The notes below the pieces were generated by a model that was given only the letters and a program-made list of their open reading frames with translations, was not told where the DNA came from and did not search any database. A stretch of DNA of 22,631 nt from a bacterium (GTDB lineage Bacteria > Eisenbacteria > RBG-16-71-46), in contig JAYWEM010000089.1 of NCBI GenBank assembly GCA_043779265.1, forward strand, positions 1-22,631, in the 5' to 3' direction. This document shows positions 1 through 7,613 of the stretch, one piece after another. Position numbers and translations under genes: made by a program. Within the stretch, counting starts at the first letter, position 1, and the number at the start of each line of letters is the position of its first letter.

Positions 1-552
1 GCTGTCCGAGGGGCGTCCGAGCACGCGGCGGCGCACGCGCTCCATGCCGACGTAGGGGTCGCCCACCATCTTGCCGTCGGCATCGAATCCGGTCATGTCC
101 TCGTCGTCGTCCCGATCGCGTTCGTCATCGTCGTAGCCGACGCTCTCGGCCTGCGGGTCGTACGGCCGCAGGTACCAAGGCAGATCGCGGAACGATTCGC
201 GCGATGCGATGGCGACGAGGAAGCCCTGACCGGTCGAGCGCTCCACCACCAACTCGGTGCGCGAGCCCTCGGGCGGAAGCCGCAGCGTGTGTCGGCCCTC
301 GACGAATCCACTGCCGCGCCTCCAGGGGTGGAGCACCTGGATGCGGCCCTCGGTGTCGATCTCGTACACGAGCAGATGCGCATCGTCGCTCGAGCGCACC
401 TTGATGGTCATCCGCTCACCCGGCTGGTAGACCGCGTCGTCGCCGCGATCCGTCCAGACCTCGACTCCGAGTGGTCCGGCGAGCGCCTCGGCCGGCATGG
501 CGAAGGCCCCCACGAGGAGGGCGAGTGCCGGGACGATGGATCGGAAGTTCAT
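1..552 (-). CDS. Secreted DUF4384-like domain protein (3' end runs off the window; not in the ORF track)
   Basis: Hand translation: GAGGAG SD then ATG at 552, MNFRSIVPALALLVGAFAMPAEALAGPLGVEVWTDRGDDAVYQPGERMTIKVRSSDDAHLLVYEIDTEGRIQVLHP... It has a signal peptide and the VWTD..Y.PGE....ID..G..L.P pattern I associate with DUF4384. The frame is open to base 1. Confidence 0.8.
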   Translation of the reverse strand, partial: MNFRSIVPALALLVGAFAMPAEALAGPLGVEVWTDRGDDAVYQPGERMTIKVRSSDDAHLLVYEIDTEGRIQVLHPWRRGSGFVEGRHTLRLPPEGSRTELVVERSTGQGFLVAIASRESFRDLPWYLRPYDPQAESVGYDDDERDRDDDEDMTGFDADGKMVGDPYVGMERVRRRVLGRPSDS

Positions 553-606
553 GACGTGCTCCTCACTGGCGGGACTCCGCGGAACCGGGCGCCGGTCGGC
601 TCCGAT

Positions 607-646
607 GCCCCGCCCTCTCGGGGATGATACCCCGGGAGGGCGGGGC
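607..646. repeat. GC-rich intergenic inverted repeat (about 17-bp stem, no U-tract)
   Basis: GCCCCGCCCTC-TCGGGG (607-623) / CCCCGG-GAGGGCGGGGC (630-646), lying between two co-oriented genes. Confidence 0.7.
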
Positions 647-660
647 GCTCTCCTGGAACG

Positions 661-1485
661 CTAGCGGATCCAAGCCACTGCTCGGCGCTGACCCGTGGTC
701 TCGTCGCGGACGCGCCGTGCGGCGAGTTCGGGATTGCCGGGGTCGGTCTGGTAAGCCCAGTCGAACACGACCTGGCCCGAGGTGAGGCTGGTGACCCTGA
801 ACTTCGCGTAGTGGTCATCCCGGGTCCAAACGACGTAGCAGTGACCGGGGATCAGCTCGACCGTCCCACTGGGCGACCAGCCCGAACTCGGGGCCCAGTC
901 CACCGCATCGAGGGTCGTGGCGTAGCCGGCGTCCTGGATATCGGTGAGCCCGTCGGCCGCGAACATCTGCGCGATGCTGCCGTTGTAGCCGTAAAAGACG
1001 TCGGTCGAGGAGTGATCGAAGGCCCGCGTCGCGCCCGATGAGAAGTCGTAGCCGGCGCTCGAGGGGTTGCTGACGAAGTTCGACAGCGTGCGGCCGAACC
1101 CGGCCGGTCGTGGGGTGTCGAACACGCTCTCGTAGGTCAGATCGCTCTCGTTGCCCTCGTGGTCGACCGCGGCGACGGCGAAGTAGCGGGTCGAGCCATT
1201 CGAGAGGCCCGAGACGACGAAGCTCGTGCCGCTCGTGGTGCCGACCCGATCGTAGGGACAACTGGACCCGGTGGCGCACTGCGCCATGTAGACGCGGTAG
1301 CCGGCGACGTCGTGCTCGGTGTTGCGAAGCCAGCGGAGCGTGGCCTGCTGATCGCCGGTGACGCTGATGAGGCCGCGTGGGGCGGCCGGGGGCGTGATGT
1401 CGCGCGGCGAGACGACCTTGTCGTCATCGCAACTGGTCAGCAGCGTCACGGACGCCAGTGCGATCGCGATAGTGGCAAGACGCAT
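661..1485 (-). CDS. Lipoprotein with fibronectin type III domain plus beta-rich C-terminal domain
   Basis: AGGAGG SD; lipobox-like LLTSC; FN3 pattern PAAPRGL...LRW...VAGYRVY...GLSNGSTRYFAVAAVD.EGNES. Confidence 0.85.
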   Translation of the reverse strand: MRLATIAIALASVTLLTSCDDDKVVSPRDITPPAAPRGLISVTGDQQATLRWLRNTEHDVAGYRVYMAQCATGSSCPYDRVGTTSGTSFVVSGLSNGSTRYFAVAAVDHEGNESDLTYESVFDTPRPAGFGRTLSNFVSNPSSAGYDFSSGATRAFDHSSTDVFYGYNGSIAQMFAADGLTDIQDAGYATTLDAVDWAPSSGWSPSGTVELIPGHCYVVWTRDDHYAKFRVTSLTSGQVVFDWAYQTDPGNPELAARRVRDETTGQRRAVAWIR

Positions 1486-1544
1486 GGGGTCCCTCCTGAT
1501 CGGATCGGGTCGGGTCGGGGAGTCGCTGTGGCGCTTATGTGCAG

Positions 1545-1560
1545 CGCAACGGACATGCCA
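1545..1560 (-). promoter_or_regulatory. Sigma54 (-24/-12) promoter for the lipoprotein gene
   Basis: Minus strand TGGCAT-GTCCG-TTGCG versus consensus TGGCAC-N5-TTGCW, about 60 nt upstream of ATG 1485. Confidence 0.7.
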
Positions 1561-1644
1561 CGCGCGAGGGCCGCGATCGAGAGTGGGGCGGGTCGCAGGC
1601 GCGAGGAGGTTTCCTCAAGCGCCGCAACACGTTGCGCCGGACGC

Positions 1645-1676
1645 AAGACCGCCGCCGGGTCTCGGCCCGGCGGCGG
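1645..1676 (-). terminator. Terminator-like hairpin closing the candidate ncRNA
   Basis: Perfect 11-bp stem CCGCCGCCGGG (1649-1659) / CCCGGCGGCGG (1666-1676), followed on the minus strand by a weak UCUU tract. Confidence 0.5.
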
Positions 1677-2082
1677 CGTGGTGTGCGCGCCTGTCTCAGG
1701 TGTGCGAACGGCGCGACACCGGATACTGGGGGACACCGGCCGGTGCTTCTCACAGCGTCCGCCTGGACATCCCCCAATGTAGGCGAGCGATATGACGTGG
1801 CCGGTGTCCGACCCCAGAGCTTCTGGAACCTCAGGTGGTTCACCGCGAACCGGGTTCCAGTGCGGTGAGGTCCGAGGCCGTCCCTCCGTCTGCTCCAGGG
1901 GTGCAACTCGAAGATGTCGTGAGATCCCGATTGGTAATCTCCAAGCTAGCCGGTAGCAGAGGCCGATGCGTTGTCCGTCAGACGGGGCTCGTACCCTCGA
2001 CCGACCCCTGCGGAACCGGCTAGCTCAGATTTCGAGGCCGGTGATCGCTCACCGGTTCTCTTTGGAGGTCCCCCCCTCCGAC
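1645..2082 (-). ncRNA. Candidate large structured non-coding RNA (~440 nt), family not recognised
   Basis: No credible ORF. Sigma54-type promoter immediately upstream. Seven consecutive stem-loop or multibranch domains, with G-U pairs and a GCGA tetraloop that favour the minus strand. Terminal hairpin at the 3' end. Confidence 0.55.
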
Positions 2083-2092
2083 GAAGTACACG

Positions 2093-2108
2093 AGCACCCC
2101 GCGTGCCA
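2093..2108 (-). promoter_or_regulatory. Sigma54 (-24/-12) promoter, predicted +1 near 2082
   Basis: Minus strand (T)TGGCAC-GCGGG-GTGCT: GG and GC at the correct spacing, one mismatch in TTGC. It lies just downstream of a sigma54 activator gene. Confidence 0.65.
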
Positions 2109-2236
2109 ACGCGGCCAACAGCTGTTCGGAAATCGACAAGAAGTGCGTTCACTTGATGTTACGGACCAGCGCACGAGAGCGGTGGTGAGCCCTCTCGGTG
2201 GCACGGACCACCCCGGATAGGAAGAGAAGTTCATGG

Positions 2237-2273
2237 AAAACGCCCCGCGCACGGAACTCGTTGCGCGGGGCGT
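2237..2273 (-). terminator. Rho-independent terminator downstream of the activator gene
   Basis: 12-bp perfect IR ACGCCCCGCGCA (2240-2251) / TGCGCGGGGCGT (2262-2273), followed by TTTT on the minus strand. Confidence 0.7.
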
Positions 2274-2392
2274 AGATGGATGGAAAGGAATTTGATAGCG
2301 CAATTCAGAAGAAAGTCTTCAGGTCGGGCTGCGATGGCAGGGGCGCCTGTGAGACACCTTCATGCCCGACTCTCGAAGTCAGGCAGAGATGT

Positions 2393-5300
2393 TCAGCGCT
2401 GCTCGAGCCCGAACGCCCGGATGCGCTGAAGAAGCGTGGGGTAGCTGAGCCCCAACTCCCGCGCCACGCGCGTCTTGTTACCGCGATTGCGCTCGAGCGC
2501 CTCGCCGATCAGCTGCCGTTCCATCTCGGTGACCGCGCTCTTGAGTGAGCGATCCCCGCGCGGCGGGGCACCCACCGCCACCGTGTCGCGCTGCAACACG
2601 GGAACGCGCGCCGACGACGCGGTGCTCTCGGCCACATCGGCCGGCAGCAGGTCGAGGCCGAGCGTGTCGCCCTCGTCGGCGAGCACGATCATCCGCTTCA
2701 CGGTTTTCTCGAGTTCGCGGACGTTCCCCCGCCACTCGTGATCCAGGAGCGCCTTGAGCACTTCCGGGGCGAAGCCGCGCACGGCCTTCTCCATCTGCCG
2801 CGAGTACACGGCGAGGAAGTGCTGCGCGAGCACCGGGATGTCCTCGCGCCGCTCGCGAAGCGAGGGCACTCGGACCGTGATGTCATTGAGTCGGTAGTAG
2901 AGATCCTCGAGGAAACGTCCGTCGCGGATCCGCTCGCGCAGATCGCTGCTCGTGGCGCAGACGACTCGCGCATCGACTCGCTTGGCGCGGGTCGCGCCGA
3001 CGGGGCGGATCTCGCCTCGGTCGAGCACATGCAGCAGCTTCGCCTGCACCGCCTCGGGAATCTTCTCGATCTCATCGAGGAAGATCGTGCCGCCGGCAGC
3101 CTCCTCGAACAGGCCCGACTTGTCGCGCGTCGCGCCGGTGAAGGCGCCTTGCACATAACCGAAGAGTTCGGATTCGAGCAGCGCCTCGGGCAGCGCGGCG
3201 CAATTGACCTGGACGAACGGCCGGTCGCGGCGCTTGGACTGCTCGTGCACGACCTGCGCGAACAGCCCCTTGCCCGTGCCGGTCTCGCCCATGAACAGCA
3301 GCGTCGCGTCGCTATCGCTCACCTTGCGCAGCAGGGTCAGGATGTCCGCCACTTCACGGGACTGGCTGACCACGCGCTCGGTCGAGGAACTCGGACGCAG
3401 CTGGTCTCGCAGTTGGCGATTCTCGACGAGGAGCAGCGAGCGCTGTGCCTCGACGATGCCGACCGCGGCGCTGTTGGCGAGGACCGCGAGCAGATTGAGG
3501 TCGCGCTGCTTGAACGCGCCCAGCAGGTTGTCGTTGAGGCGATCGACGAACACCATGCCGACCGACTGCGACGGGAAGTTGAGCGGCACGCAGACCAGCG
3601 AGCCCACGCCTTCGAGCGCCTCGGTCATCGCACGACTGAATCGAGGATCCGCGGCGACGCGGCTGGAGAACACCGGGCCATTCTCGGCGAAGCGCGCTCC
3701 GACCACATCCTCGAGCACGCGCAGCACCCGACGGGCGCGATCGCGACCCAATCCATGCTGGGCGACGACCTCGAGTCGGCCGGGGCTCGACGTGAAGGCG
3801 ACGAAGCCACGATCCCCGCCGGCGTGCTCGACCGCCAGCTTCACGACCTGGGACAACAGTCCGTCCATGTCCGAGGTCTCGCGGAAGAGCCGGTTGGCCT
3901 CCTCGAGCGCCCGGAACTCATTGCAGGTGGAGAGCGAGACGGCGACGTACTGACGCTCGATCTCACGGCGCAGCTGCGCCGCACGACCCTCGGCCTCGGG
4001 ATCGGCGTTCTCCGAAAGCCATGCCTCGGCCTGCTCGAGCAGCGTCAGCGCGTGATCGTACTGCTCGCGCTCGGCTTCGAGACGGGCCAGTGCCAACAGT
4101 GCCTCGGCTGCGAGTGCGACCACGCCGAGTTGACGGAAGATCGCGGCGGCACGGCGCGCGGCTTCGGCCACCGGCTCCAGCGGCAGGCGCAGACGAGCGC
4201 TCGTCGGCAGCAACGGCAGGTACTCGCCGAACGCGGCGAGCGTGCGTGCCAGCTCGAACGTCTCACCCAGTTGCTCGAAGTGCTCGGCGGCCTCACGCAG
4301 TCTCGACTCCATGGATGACACCTGGCCGCGCACCGCGTCGAGGCGCGCGAGCGCGCGCAGTGCGATGCCCTGCTCGATGCGATCTCCGAGTCGTTCGGCC
4401 AGCGCCAGGCCGCGAACGAGCAGCGTGTTCGCCTCCTCGACCCGACCGGTCAACTGGAGCGCCATGCCGATCCGGATCTCGAGTTCCATGACGAGGTCGC
4501 CGCGAGGGGCGATCGCCTTGGCGTCCTCGAGCGCAGGCTCGAGCCACGCGAGTGCTGCGGGGCCGTGGTCGCGGTCGATCTCGAGTTCGCCGAGGAATTC
4601 GCGGGCCAATAGCGCCTCGCGTCGCGCCGAACCCTTCTGAGCCAGTTCGAGGGCGAGCTGGAAGTGCTCCTCAGCCTGCTCCGCATTGCGGCGGCGGCGA
4701 GCGAGCATCCCGAGCGCAAGCCACGCAGCGGCCTCGCCCTGAGGGTGACTGAGTTCGCGGGCGATGCGGAGCGACTGGCGGAAGTGCTCATCCGCCATCT
4801 CCCACTGCCCGAGGCGGTAGCGGATCAGTCCGAGGTTCTGATGATGGATACGCATGCGGGCGTAGTAGCCCTTGCGCTCGTCGATCTGCAGCGCCTGCTC
4901 GAGCAGTCGGGTCGCCTCGCGCCACTCACGCAGATTCTTGTAAACGAGACCCAGCGAGTTGAGCGCCGAGACCAGACCTTCGGAGTCGTCGATGCGGCGG
5001 AACGTCGCGACCGAGTTCTGCAGCCAGTCGATCGCCTCCTGCGGCCGACCCAGCCGGGCCAGGCCATTGCCGAGCACGAGGGCCATGCGCGCGACCGTGC
5101 GATGGTCATCACTGTCGCGGAGGATGGCATACGCATAGCGCGCGTAGCGCTGGGAGCGACGATACTCGCCGGATTCGCCGTGGGTCGCGGCAAGCGACGC
5201 GGCGACCAGCGCACGTTCCCTGGGATCCTCGAGCACGCGACCGACTCGGCGCGCTTCGAGCGCGCGGGCCCGCGCCGCCGTGAACTCGCCGCGCAGATAC

Positions 5301-5503
5301 TCGGCGCGAGCGAGGCACAACAGAAGGCGAACACGATCGAGAACGGCGTCCGGGCGCGTCTCCGCCAGCGCCGCCCGGTAGGAATCCCGGGCGCCGACGA
5401 AGTTATCCGCTGCCAGATGAAGATCGCCGACCGATTCGTGCTGACTGGCGCCGGGGGGCGCTTGATTCGCACGCAATGGATCGGGGGGGATCGCTCGGTG
5501 CAC
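2393..5503 (-). CDS. Sigma54-dependent enhancer-binding protein: N-terminal TPR-like repeats + GAF + AAA+ + Fis-type HTH
   Basis: About 520 aa of TPR-like helices (e.g. ALNSLGLVYKNLREWREATRLLEQALQID); GAF-like segment (SLVCVPL...VGMVFVD...F...DLNLL); Walker A GETGTGKG; ESELFGYVQGAFTGA; Walker B IFLDE; RFLEDLYYRL; C-terminal GNKTRVARELGLSYPTL. GTG start with GAGGG SD. Confidence 0.93.
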   Translation of the reverse strand: MHRAIPPDPLRANQAPPGASQHESVGDLHLAADNFVGARDSYRAALAETRPDAVLDRVRLLLCLARAEYLRGEFTAARARALEARRVGRVLEDPRERALVAASLAATHGESGEYRRSQRYARYAYAILRDSDDHRTVARMALVLGNGLARLGRPQEAIDWLQNSVATFRRIDDSEGLVSALNSLGLVYKNLREWREATRLLEQALQIDERKGYYARMRIHHQNLGLIRYRLGQWEMADEHFRQSLRIARELSHPQGEAAAWLALGMLARRRRNAEQAEEHFQLALELAQKGSARREALLAREFLGELEIDRDHGPAALAWLEPALEDAKAIAPRGDLVMELEIRIGMALQLTGRVEEANTLLVRGLALAERLGDRIEQGIALRALARLDAVRGQVSSMESRLREAAEHFEQLGETFELARTLAAFGEYLPLLPTSARLRLPLEPVAEAARRAAAIFRQLGVVALAAEALLALARLEAEREQYDHALTLLEQAEAWLSENADPEAEGRAAQLRREIERQYVAVSLSTCNEFRALEEANRLFRETSDMDGLLSQVVKLAVEHAGGDRGFVAFTSSPGRLEVVAQHGLGRDRARRVLRVLEDVVGARFAENGPVFSSRVAADPRFSRAMTEALEGVGSLVCVPLNFPSQSVGMVFVDRLNDNLLGAFKQRDLNLLAVLANSAAVGIVEAQRSLLLVENRQLRDQLRPSSSTERVVSQSREVADILTLLRKVSDSDATLLFMGETGTGKGLFAQVVHEQSKRRDRPFVQVNCAALPEALLESELFGYVQGAFTGATRDKSGLFEEAAGGTIFLDEIEKIPEAVQAKLLHVLDRGEIRPVGATRAKRVDARVVCATSSDLRERIRDGRFLEDLYYRLNDITVRVPSLRERREDIPVLAQHFLAVYSRQMEKAVRGFAPEVLKALLDHEWRGNVRELEKTVKRMIVLADEGDTLGLDLLPADVAESTASSARVPVLQRDTVAVGAPPRGDRSLKSAVTEMERQLIGEALERNRGNKTRVARELGLSYPTLLQRIRAFGLEQR

Positions 5504-5595
5504 GGCTTGAACCCTCGATTTGACTCACAGATCCCGGTAGTAGTCCGGCGGTTCGGTCCGAACTACCTGCGACGGATCGAGACGGCTTTCGCCGA

Positions 5596-5895
5596 CTAGA
5601 TCCGTCGCTTCAGGAACTGCGAGAGCCAGAGTCTCGTCCACGCATGGAAGCTCGTGTCGCCTGCCTCTTCGCCAGCCGGCCGCATCGACGCCCGATCGAT
5701 CTTCGGGGGCGATGGAACGGTTTGACCGGTGAGGTCAGGCTCACCCGCACTGGGCGCGGCGACTGGTCGGGGCGGCGTGATCGAAGCGGTGCCGCGTCCG
5801 AGACGCTTGGCAGCTTCGGCCGTCGTCCCGAGCATCGTCAGGCTCAGGGTGGCGAGCAGCAGTGTGTGGAGGATCCTGTTACGGAGCTTCTCCAT
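5596..5895 (-). CDS. Small secreted protein or pre-pro-peptide (99 aa; alternative GTG start at 5907)
   Basis: GGAGGGAG SD; Sec signal MEKLRNRILHTLLLATLSLTMLGTTAEA; Pro-rich low-complexity middle containing AGEPD; Trp/aromatic basic C-terminus FHAWTRLWLSQFLKRRI. Confidence 0.75.
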   Translation of the reverse strand: MEKLRNRILHTLLLATLSLTMLGTTAEAAKRLGRGTASITPPRPVAAPSAGEPDLTGQTVPSPPKIDRASMRPAGEEAGDTSFHAWTRLWLSQFLKRRI

Positions 5896-6014
5896 CGCGT
5901 TGTCCACTCCCTCCGTCGACGGACGTCAGGGTAGTCAGGAATGTTCCCCGCAGAACTCTAGATGAGCCCGACGGGACGGCACTGGTGAGGGGACCTTCGG
6001 TTGAGCGCGCCCTC

Positions 6015-6044
6015 AGTGTCCGCCTCCTGCGAAACCTCCGTCAA
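6015..6044 (-). promoter_or_regulatory. Possible sigma70 promoter for the peptide-activator unit
   Basis: TTGACG-N18-GACACT on the minus strand in the intergenic region upstream of the small gene. Confidence 0.4.
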
Positions 6045-6076
6045 TGGGAATCTTCGGGCGGCTCAGGAGGAGGGCT

Positions 6077-7042
6077 TCACTCCAGCCCGAGACGGTCGTC
6101 GGCCGCCCAGCGAGCCAGACCGTATCGAAGGCCCTGGGTCGAGCACACGAGACCAGGTGCATCGAAGCGCCTGAGCAGCGCCTCGACCACTAGTGCACCG
6201 GCACCGATGATGTCAGCTCTCCCCTCACCCATCACGGGCAGCTTGCGTCGCGCCTCGGGGCTCGCCTCGACCAGATCGACGATCATCTTCTCGGCACGCT
6301 CGCGCGATACGAACCAGCCCTCGAGGAGGGCCGGGTCGTACTCGGTGAGCCCGCGATCCATGGACGCGAGGACGGTGACGGTCCCGCCGACGCCTGCGAG
6401 GACGGTCGCCCGATTGGGGAGGTATGCACAGCCATGCATGATTTCATGTGCGATCACCTCGCGGGCATTCGCGATCTCGGCCGCGCTGGGTGGACTTCCG
6501 GGCAGCAGACGCTCGGTCAGACTCACGGCCCCCGAAGGGATGCTCTGCCAGCGGCCCGGGCGTGACCCCACACCGCTCACGACCTCGGTGCTCCCGCCTC
6601 CCAGATCGAAGACCACATTCTGGCTGTTGCGCGCCTGTTGTCCGAGCCCGAGCACGACCGAGGCGTAGCCGAGCCTGGCCTCCTCATCGCCGGTCAGGAT
6701 GCGAATGGGCACACCCGCACGGGCTCCGATCGCCTCGGCGACCGCTGGCCCGTTGGTCGCAGTCCGGATCGCAGCGGTCGCCGCAGCCAGCAACCGCTCG
6801 GCGCCGAGGCCCCGGGCGCGACGGATGAACTCGTGCGCGATGTTGCCCGCGCGAGCCGCCGTGTCCTCGGCGATCAGGCCGGACTCATGCAGACCGCGCC
6901 CCAATCGGCAGGACTCGCCGGCTCTCGCCACCGAGAGGATCGGGCCGGTCCAGGCCCCGCCCTCGGGGATGTCCGCCACCAGGAGTCGGACGCTGTTCGA
7001 TCCGATATCGATTGCACCGACACGCATATGTCCTGGGGTCAC
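6077..7042 (-). CDS. ppx: Ppx/GppA family phosphatase, short form without HD domain (alternative ATG at 7027)
   Basis: GAIDIGSNSVRLLV, ATAAIR.A.N, ILTGDEEARL, DLGGGSTE, GVGGT, RADII, GLRYG motifs of the ASKHA Ppx/GppA family. Confidence 0.9.
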   Translation of the reverse strand: MTPGHMRVGAIDIGSNSVRLLVADIPEGGAWTGPILSVARAGESCRLGRGLHESGLIAEDTAARAGNIAHEFIRRARGLGAERLLAAATAAIRTATNGPAVAEAIGARAGVPIRILTGDEEARLGYASVVLGLGQQARNSQNVVFDLGGGSTEVVSGVGSRPGRWQSIPSGAVSLTERLLPGSPPSAAEIANAREVIAHEIMHGCAYLPNRATVLAGVGGTVTVLASMDRGLTEYDPALLEGWFVSRERAEKMIVDLVEASPEARRKLPVMGEGRADIIGAGALVVEALLRRFDAPGLVCSTQGLRYGLARWAADDRLGLE

Positions 7043-7533
7043 AGGAGGTAATCCTCCAGCTCGGAACGGACGGGTGGGCGAACAGTCGGTGCCTCGGCAG
7101 CGGCTTCGGGCGAGGGAGAAGTATCAGACGGCGGGGTGTTTGCGCGAGCAGCGCTCGGAGCGGGTGCTCGCCGGGAGCGCGAAAGCTCCTGCTTTCGGTC
7201 GGCAGGTGGCTTCGAGCCGACAGACGCCCCATCCTGATCCGAGTGGCTGTCCGCGCCTGTGGCGGGCTCCTGACCGAGCAGGGCCGCCAGCATGTTCCGG
7301 GCGATGGCCGTGAGCGAGACCTCGACCTGCCGCCCCTGCGGGGACCGGCGCACGAGGCCGGCGCGCTGGAGCGTCTGGAGATGACGCGTCGTGCAGGACT
7401 GCGAGAGCTCGACCTCCTCGGCGACCGCACCGACGCACCGTCCACCCTGCTCGAGCAACCGCAGGATCCGGAAGCGAGACGGATCGGCGAGGGTGCGCAG
7501 CCGAGTCTGGAGGAGTTCGTCCGAGGATTTCAT
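7039..7533 (-). CDS. ArsR/SmtB family regulator with long disordered C-terminal tail (start 7533 or 7548)
   Basis: LADPSRFRILRLL...CVGAVAEEVELSQSCTTRHLQTLQRAGLV winged-helix pattern. The track's start at 7632 would overlap the divergent rlmN. Confidence 0.85.
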   Translation of the reverse strand: MKSSDELLQTRLRTLADPSRFRILRLLEQGGRCVGAVAEEVELSQSCTTRHLQTLQRAGLVRRSPQGRQVEVSLTAIARNMLAALLGQEPATGADSHSDQDGASVGSKPPADRKQELSRSRRAPAPSAARANTPPSDTSPSPEAAAEAPTVRPPVRSELEDYLL

Positions 7534-7563
7534 TGCATGGCGGTGCATATCACGTTCGCGGCT

Positions 7564-7592
7564 TTGACCGCAAGGCACACTGCTCGTAGCAT
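7564..7592 (+). promoter_or_regulatory. Sigma70 promoter for the rlmN operon
   Basis: TTGACC-N17-TAGCAT, 21 nt before ATG 7614. Confidence 0.6.
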
Positions 7593-7613
7593 CCCCCGCA
7601 GCTGGAACCTCCC

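Noticed and set aside
1501..1520. Short tandem (TCGGG)n repeat in the lipoprotein leader
   Set aside because: Only about 3-4 imperfect units, too short to argue phase variation.
1535..1906. 123-aa minus-strand ORF, and other 60-110-aa ORFs within 1500-2300
   Set aside because: Non-ATG or weak starts, no convincing SD, Arg/Pro-rich shadow composition. They run across promoter and terminator motifs.
1645..2082. Identity of the structured region as RNase P RNA, tmRNA, 6S or SRP RNA
   Set aside because: No GAGGAAAGUCC/P4 signature, no tRNA-like ends or tag ORF, not a single rod. This was judged by eye, so an Rfam search is still needed.
2189..2204. TGGCACGGACCACCCC as a plus-strand sigma54 promoter
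   Set aside because: It has the -24 element but no GC at -12. The same applies to TGGCACCGTGGCGCC near 21396.
2249..2260. 12-mer GCACGGAACTCG shared with the promoter at 14837-14852
   Set aside because: A single short match inside a terminator hairpin in high-GC DNA, compatible with chance.
2738..4318. 526-aa plus-strand ORF (also 4664-5599, 9408-10559, 14152-15294, 17382-18620)
   Set aside because: Antisense shadows of well-supported genes, expected with high-GC codon bias.
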